From Candidatus Caccoplasma sp. (GTDB taxonomy: Bacteria > Bacteroidota > Bacteroidia > Bacteroidales > G3-4614), in the NCBI GenBank assembly GCA_045587545.1, contig JAZNCN010000028.1, positions 143,425 through 207,424 of the forward strand: DNA of 64,000 bases, in the 5' to 3' direction. This document shows, piece by piece, positions 59,987 to 64,000 of this stretch (its first letter is position 1; every line of letters begins with the position of its first letter). The notes beneath the pieces are model-generated. The model ran no database searches, had not been told where the DNA came from, and saw only the letters and a list, made by a program, of their open reading frames with translations. A program made the translations under genes and the position numbers.

Positions 59987-60874
59987 ATGGCTAATATATC
60001 TGCAATTGTATTAACATATAACGAAGAAATACATATTAAGAGATGTATTGAAAATTTAAAACTAATAACAAATAAAATATTTGTTATTGATAGTTTTTCA
60101 ACGGATTCAACCATAAATATAGCTAAAGAGTTAGGAGCTGAGGTCTTATTCAATAAATGGGAGAATAGTTATTCAAAACAATTTAACTGGGCCTTAAAGA
60201 ATGCACCAATAAAAACAGATTGGGTTATCAGAATTGATGCAGACGAATATCTTGATAATAAATTGATTGACGAAATAAACAATAAACTACCAAAAGTTTC
60301 TGATAATGTATCAGGAATAGAAATATGTTTAGATCGTTTTTTCCTAAAAAGAAGAATAAAATTTGGATTAGGTAAAATATCTCAAATCAGATTATTCAGA
60401 TACGGGAAAGCTATATGTGAACCAAGAATGATGGATGAACACATAATGGTAGATGGAGAGATTATATCATTTAAAGGAAAATGGATTGACAATAATCTAT
60501 CTACATTACAAGAATGGAGTAGTAAACACAATAAATATGCAATTAGAGAGGCTATTGATTATTTAAATTTATATTCCGATAATGATATAAATATTAAATA
60601 TAATTATTCTTATAATGCCAAAAATAAGCATAAGAATAAAACACGATATAGTAAGATGCCTCTTTTCTGGAGGGCATTTATATATTTCTGTATCAGATAC
60701 TTTATTCGTGGTGGTTTTTTAGATGGCAAAGAGGGTTTTTTGTGGCATTTTCTTCAAGGTTGGTGGTACAGGACTCTTGTTGATGCAAAGATCTTTGAGA
60801 TAAAGAAACGTTGTGGCAACGATAAGAATAAAATAAAAAAGTATATTAAAGATAATTATAATATTGAATTGTAA
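59987..60874 (+). CDS. glycosyltransferase family 2 (tandem paralogue of 59093..59977)
   Basis: AIVLTYNEEIHIKRCIENL...VIDSFSTDST...RIDADE, and a shared C-terminus GFLDGKEGFLWHFLQGWWYRTLVDAK. Confidence 0.85.
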   Translation: MANISAIVLTYNEEIHIKRCIENLKLITNKIFVIDSFSTDSTINIAKELGAEVLFNKWENSYSKQFNWALKNAPIKTDWVIRIDADEYLDNKLIDEINNKLPKVSDNVSGIEICLDRFFLKRRIKFGLGKISQIRLFRYGKAICEPRMMDEHIMVDGEIISFKGKWIDNNLSTLQEWSSKHNKYAIREAIDYLNLYSDNDINIKYNYSYNAKNKHKNKTRYSKMPLFWRAFIYFCIRYFIRGGFLDGKEGFLWHFLQGWWYRTLVDAKIFEIKKRCGNDKNKIKKYIKDNYNIEL

Positions 60875-61960
60875 ATGATTAATATAACTGAAAATAACAA
60901 ACAACACTATTATTGGTTAGACCTAATAAGATTTTTGGCTGCGTTTGAGGTAATGTTATGTCATTACAGAGGATTCTTTTTTGTTGAATACGGATTACTC
61001 CCTGCGGAACAACAAAATATTTTTTCTCAAATATTCTATTTCTCTACAAGATTGGGAGAAGAGGCTGTTCTTATATTCTTTGTATTAAGTGGACTTTTGG
61101 TTGGAGGTAAAGCACTTGATAAAGCTCGTTTAGGAACATTCAACTTAAAAAGTTATGCTATAGACCGTTTTGTAAGAATAATGCTTCCATTAATATCTGT
61201 TTTATTGCTTATTATACCTATCACATACTCCCTTGGAGGTAAAATTGACTGGATTAATTGGGTTGGAAACTTGTTTTCTCTACAAGGTGTTTTAGTTGGT
61301 TTTATACCTCATTGTGAACCTTTATGGTCTTTAGCATACGAGGTATGGTTTTATATTATAATAGGAGCTATTATCGCTCATATTAAAAATAAGAACAAGA
61401 CTATTCCTTCTGTAATTTTAATTATTTGTGCATTAGTTTTCCTTAAATTAGAATTTAAATATTTGGTAATTTGGGGAATGGGAGCCTTAACATTCTTTAC
61501 ATTAAATAGCAAAAAGAGTAAAATATATTTATATCTTGCAATCATTGGTGCAATACTCTCAATTTTTGCATTACAATTAACAAGTGGATCTCGAACATTA
61601 AAATACAGTGTTAGTGAAATTACATTTGACGCTTTACAATATATGCTATCTTTATCATTTTGCATAATAATAAGTTTTATAGCTAACAGCAAACCTAAAA
61701 ACAAAATAGCAACTTTCATAAATAATTTAGGCTCAAAACTTGCTGTCTTTTCATATACTCTCTATTTAGTACACAATCCTCTTGGCTGGTTAATGGAGAG
61801 TATTGGATTACCCAAAAGCGAAAGTATAAATATATATTCAATTGGAATTTATATTGTTGCAATAGTAATATGTATGTTAATAACATACGGTATATACTGG
61901 TGCTTTGAAAAACGTACATACGCAGTTAAAGCATACATAAAAAATAAATTACTAAAATAA
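60875..61960 (+). CDS. acyltransferase family 3 membrane protein
   Basis: WLDLIRFLAAFEVMLCHY..., about 10 TM. Confidence 0.8.
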   Translation: MINITENNKQHYYWLDLIRFLAAFEVMLCHYRGFFFVEYGLLPAEQQNIFSQIFYFSTRLGEEAVLIFFVLSGLLVGGKALDKARLGTFNLKSYAIDRFVRIMLPLISVLLLIIPITYSLGGKIDWINWVGNLFSLQGVLVGFIPHCEPLWSLAYEVWFYIIIGAIIAHIKNKNKTIPSVILIICALVFLKLEFKYLVIWGMGALTFFTLNSKKSKIYLYLAIIGAILSIFALQLTSGSRTLKYSVSEITFDALQYMLSLSFCIIISFIANSKPKNKIATFINNLGSKLAVFSYTLYLVHNPLGWLMESIGLPKSESINIYSIGIYIVAIVICMLITYGIYWCFEKRTYAVKAYIKNKLLK

Positions 61961-61969
61961 TTTATATCA

Positions 61970-62734
61970 ATGAAAGTATCTATAATTACTTGTACATATA
62001 ATAGTGCAGCGACTATTGCTGATACCATTAAATCGGTTAATGCTCAAACTTACCACAATATTGAGCATATTATTGTTGATGGTCTTTCAAAAGATAATAC
62101 TTTAGAGATTGTTAAACAATCAGCAAGTGATAGACAAATTATAAAATCAGAGAAAGACAACGGCATTTACGATGCCTTTAACAAGGGTATCGGAATGGCA
62201 ACAGGAGATATTATTGGCGTGCTTAACTCTGATGATTTTTTTACTTCTGATACTATTATTGAGCAAGTAGTTAATGCTTTTAACAAAGAAAGTATTGATG
62301 CCGTTTATGGTGATATACACTTTGTTAACACGGAGAACTTAAACAAATGCGTTAGATACTATTCCTCAAAAAATTTTAGGCCATATATGATGCGAATGGG
62401 ATTTATGTTTGCCCACCCATCTTTCTACGTTAAACGTGAGCATTATGAGACTTTAGGGTTATATAAAACCGATTATAAGATTGCCGCTGATTTTGAGTTA
62501 CTCCTCCGCTTTGTTGTAAAAGCTAAAATAAACTGCAAATACTTACCATTGGATTTTGTTACTATGCGTACCGGAGGAGCAAGCACAGAGGGTTTCAGAA
62601 GTAAGAATATTATAAACAAAGAGTGCCTAAGAGCTTGCAAAGAAAACAACTATTACTCTAATATACTTTTTATGTGGCTACGCCTTGTTTATAAAGCATT
62701 TGAATTACTTTTGTTTAAGATTAAATCTAAATAG
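61970..62734 (+). CDS. glycosyltransferase family 2
   Basis: VSIITCTYNSAATIADTIKSV...IIVDGLSKDNT...NSDD. Confidence 0.85.
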   Translation: MKVSIITCTYNSAATIADTIKSVNAQTYHNIEHIIVDGLSKDNTLEIVKQSASDRQIIKSEKDNGIYDAFNKGIGMATGDIIGVLNSDDFFTSDTIIEQVVNAFNKESIDAVYGDIHFVNTENLNKCVRYYSSKNFRPYMMRMGFMFAHPSFYVKREHYETLGLYKTDYKIAADFELLLRFVVKAKINCKYLPLDFVTMRTGGASTEGFRSKNIINKECLRACKENNYYSNILFMWLRLVYKAFELLLFKIKSK

Positions 62735-62835
62735 TTTTTTAGTTGTTAGTTGTCAGCTTTGAGATAAAGTTCCCCGTCGCACAGAGCACTGATTTCCTCC
62801 GTCGCATAGGAGTTATGCTCCCCCATACTGCGGTC

Positions 62836-62962
62836 GGATTAACATTCAGTTAATCCTATTTGCTAAAGCAAATACCTTGTATGCCCCATTTTAAGGCACA
62901 AATTGACATTTAGTCAATTTTAATTACATAGTAATTACCTTAAACTACCCCATATGGGGTAG
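62836..62962. repeat. chain of five back-to-back short hairpins
   Basis: 62836-62856 ggattaac/gttaatcc; 62857-62874 tatttgc/gcaaata; 62900-62920 aaattgac/gtcaattt; 62921-62937 taattac/gtaatta; 62945-62962 perfect palindrome ctaccccatatggggtag. Confidence 0.8.
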
Positions 62963-63044
62963 TTGTTAGCAAAAAATTTGTTTAACAAACATGAATATTT
63001 ATTAGTTATTTATTATTAGAGATATAATTTTTTTTGATAATATT

Positions 63045-64000
63045 ATGTATAAACGCAACCAACCAACCAACCAACCAACCAACCAACCAACCAACCAACC
63101 AACCAACCAACCAACCACCACAATTAAATAATAGAGAATCAGGACTTGACATAATAAGAGTTACTGCCATTCTTTTTGTAATTGCAGGGCATTTCTTTTA
63201 TCTGCATACAAACTTTATGGATACTCCTATTACAGATACAAATTTATTTTTTCAAGGAGTTTTAATGTCTCTATTCTATGTATCTGTTCCTCTTTTTGTA
63301 TTGCTGACTGGTTATTTGCATAGGAGGAAAAGATATGATGAAATAAATTTAAAAACATTTAAAGGTATCTGGAAGGTTATAAATCCATACATATTCTATT
63401 CAGTACTATTCGTTTTATTTAAAATATTCTATCTAAATCAAAATTTTTCAGCTTTTCAATACTTGAAATCATTATTAAATTTTACAGCTATACCTTATGG
63501 CTGGTATATTGAACTATATATAGGACTATTTTTATTAATGCCTTTTTTAAATATCCTATTTGAAAAATTAGAGACAAAAAAGAATAGATTATTTTTAATT
63601 GGAATTTGCATATTTAATAGCGCTATTCCCTTATTTGTTAATAGAGGAGGGGTTCAAGTCTTTCCAAATTATTTTGATATAATTGGAGCTATTACATTCT
63701 ATTTCGTTGGTTCGTATATTGCAGAATATAAGCCTAAAATCAAGAAAATATTTTTAGTATTAGGTATCGTTGCTTTATGTTTATCTGATGCAGGAGTCAG
63801 TTTGATATTAAACAAAACCTTTACACCAGTTGGAGGACAGGTTTGGAGTATATATTATTTAGCAATAGCTACTGCTATATTTTTAATTCTATACAACAAA
63901 AAAAGTAATTCTAAAATTCTATCAAAACTTTCTATATATACTTTAGATATATACCTTTGTTGTGGAATGTTTGATATTTTATACTATTCATATTTTAAAA
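63045..64000 (+). CDS. acyltransferase family 3 (O-acyltransferase), 3' end off the window; the ATG is separated from the body by a frame-shifting (AACC)15 tract
   Basis: Not in the ORF track. The body frame (codons in phase with 63127) reads NNRESGLDIIRVTAILFVIAGHFF... and stays open to 64000. The ATG at 63045 reads MYKR(NQPT)x5TTIK* and stops at 63129-63131. Confidence 0.7.
63057..63116 (+). repeat. tetranucleotide simple-sequence repeat (AACC) x15
   Basis: Counted directly: one unit at 63057-63060 plus 14 units at 63061-63116. Confidence 0.95.

Overview
Low-GC (about 30-35%) chromosomal segment that looks like Bacteroidota, order Bacteroidales. Support: T9SS C-terminal sorting domains, TAnnTTTG promoter boxes, a DUF4834-pssA-psd cluster, and a Na+-translocating methylmalonyl-CoA decarboxylase operon. 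No tRNA, rRNA or CRISPR array was seen.

Layout:
- 1-16.7 kb: housekeeping genes. These include hisG with a His-rich leader peptide and attenuator, pssA/psd, a pseudouridine synthase, a TPR protein, an M16 peptidase, an acyltransferase, a Crp/Fnr regulator, an OPT transporter and RelA/SpoT. They are interrupted by a 0.7-kb non-coding hairpin island and a secreted FISUMP/DUF1566-like protein.
- 17-27.9 kb: three GH29 alpha-L-fucosidases plus a 1198-aa T9SS surface protein.
- 27.9-34.8 kb: dnaK and the mce-mmdADCB operon.
- 35-64 kb: a large surface-polysaccharide locus. It carries aminotransferases, wzx, wzy, about 10 glycosyltransferases, acyl/acetyltransferases and a nonulosonic-acid (NeuB / KdsC-like phosphatase / NeuA) module.

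Most unusual observations:
1. A DUF559 endonuclease cassette with G/C-rich hairpin termini is inserted in frame inside a DegT-family aminotransferase.
2. A 61-codon GC-rich block with no A at any third codon position sits at the 3' end of the FISUMP-like gene. It resembles a DGR variable region, but no TR or RT lies in the window.
3. An (AACC)15 tract lies in the 5' coding end of a terminal acyltransferase and currently separates the ATG from the body of the gene.
4. Six-frame-stop heptad arrays (AACTAAC)n and ATTAG-rich 40-bp modules sit at gene-cassette junctions. They supply several stop codons and flank a four-helix-bundle gene and its remnant.

All functional calls come from reading the translated ORFs. 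No database search was run.
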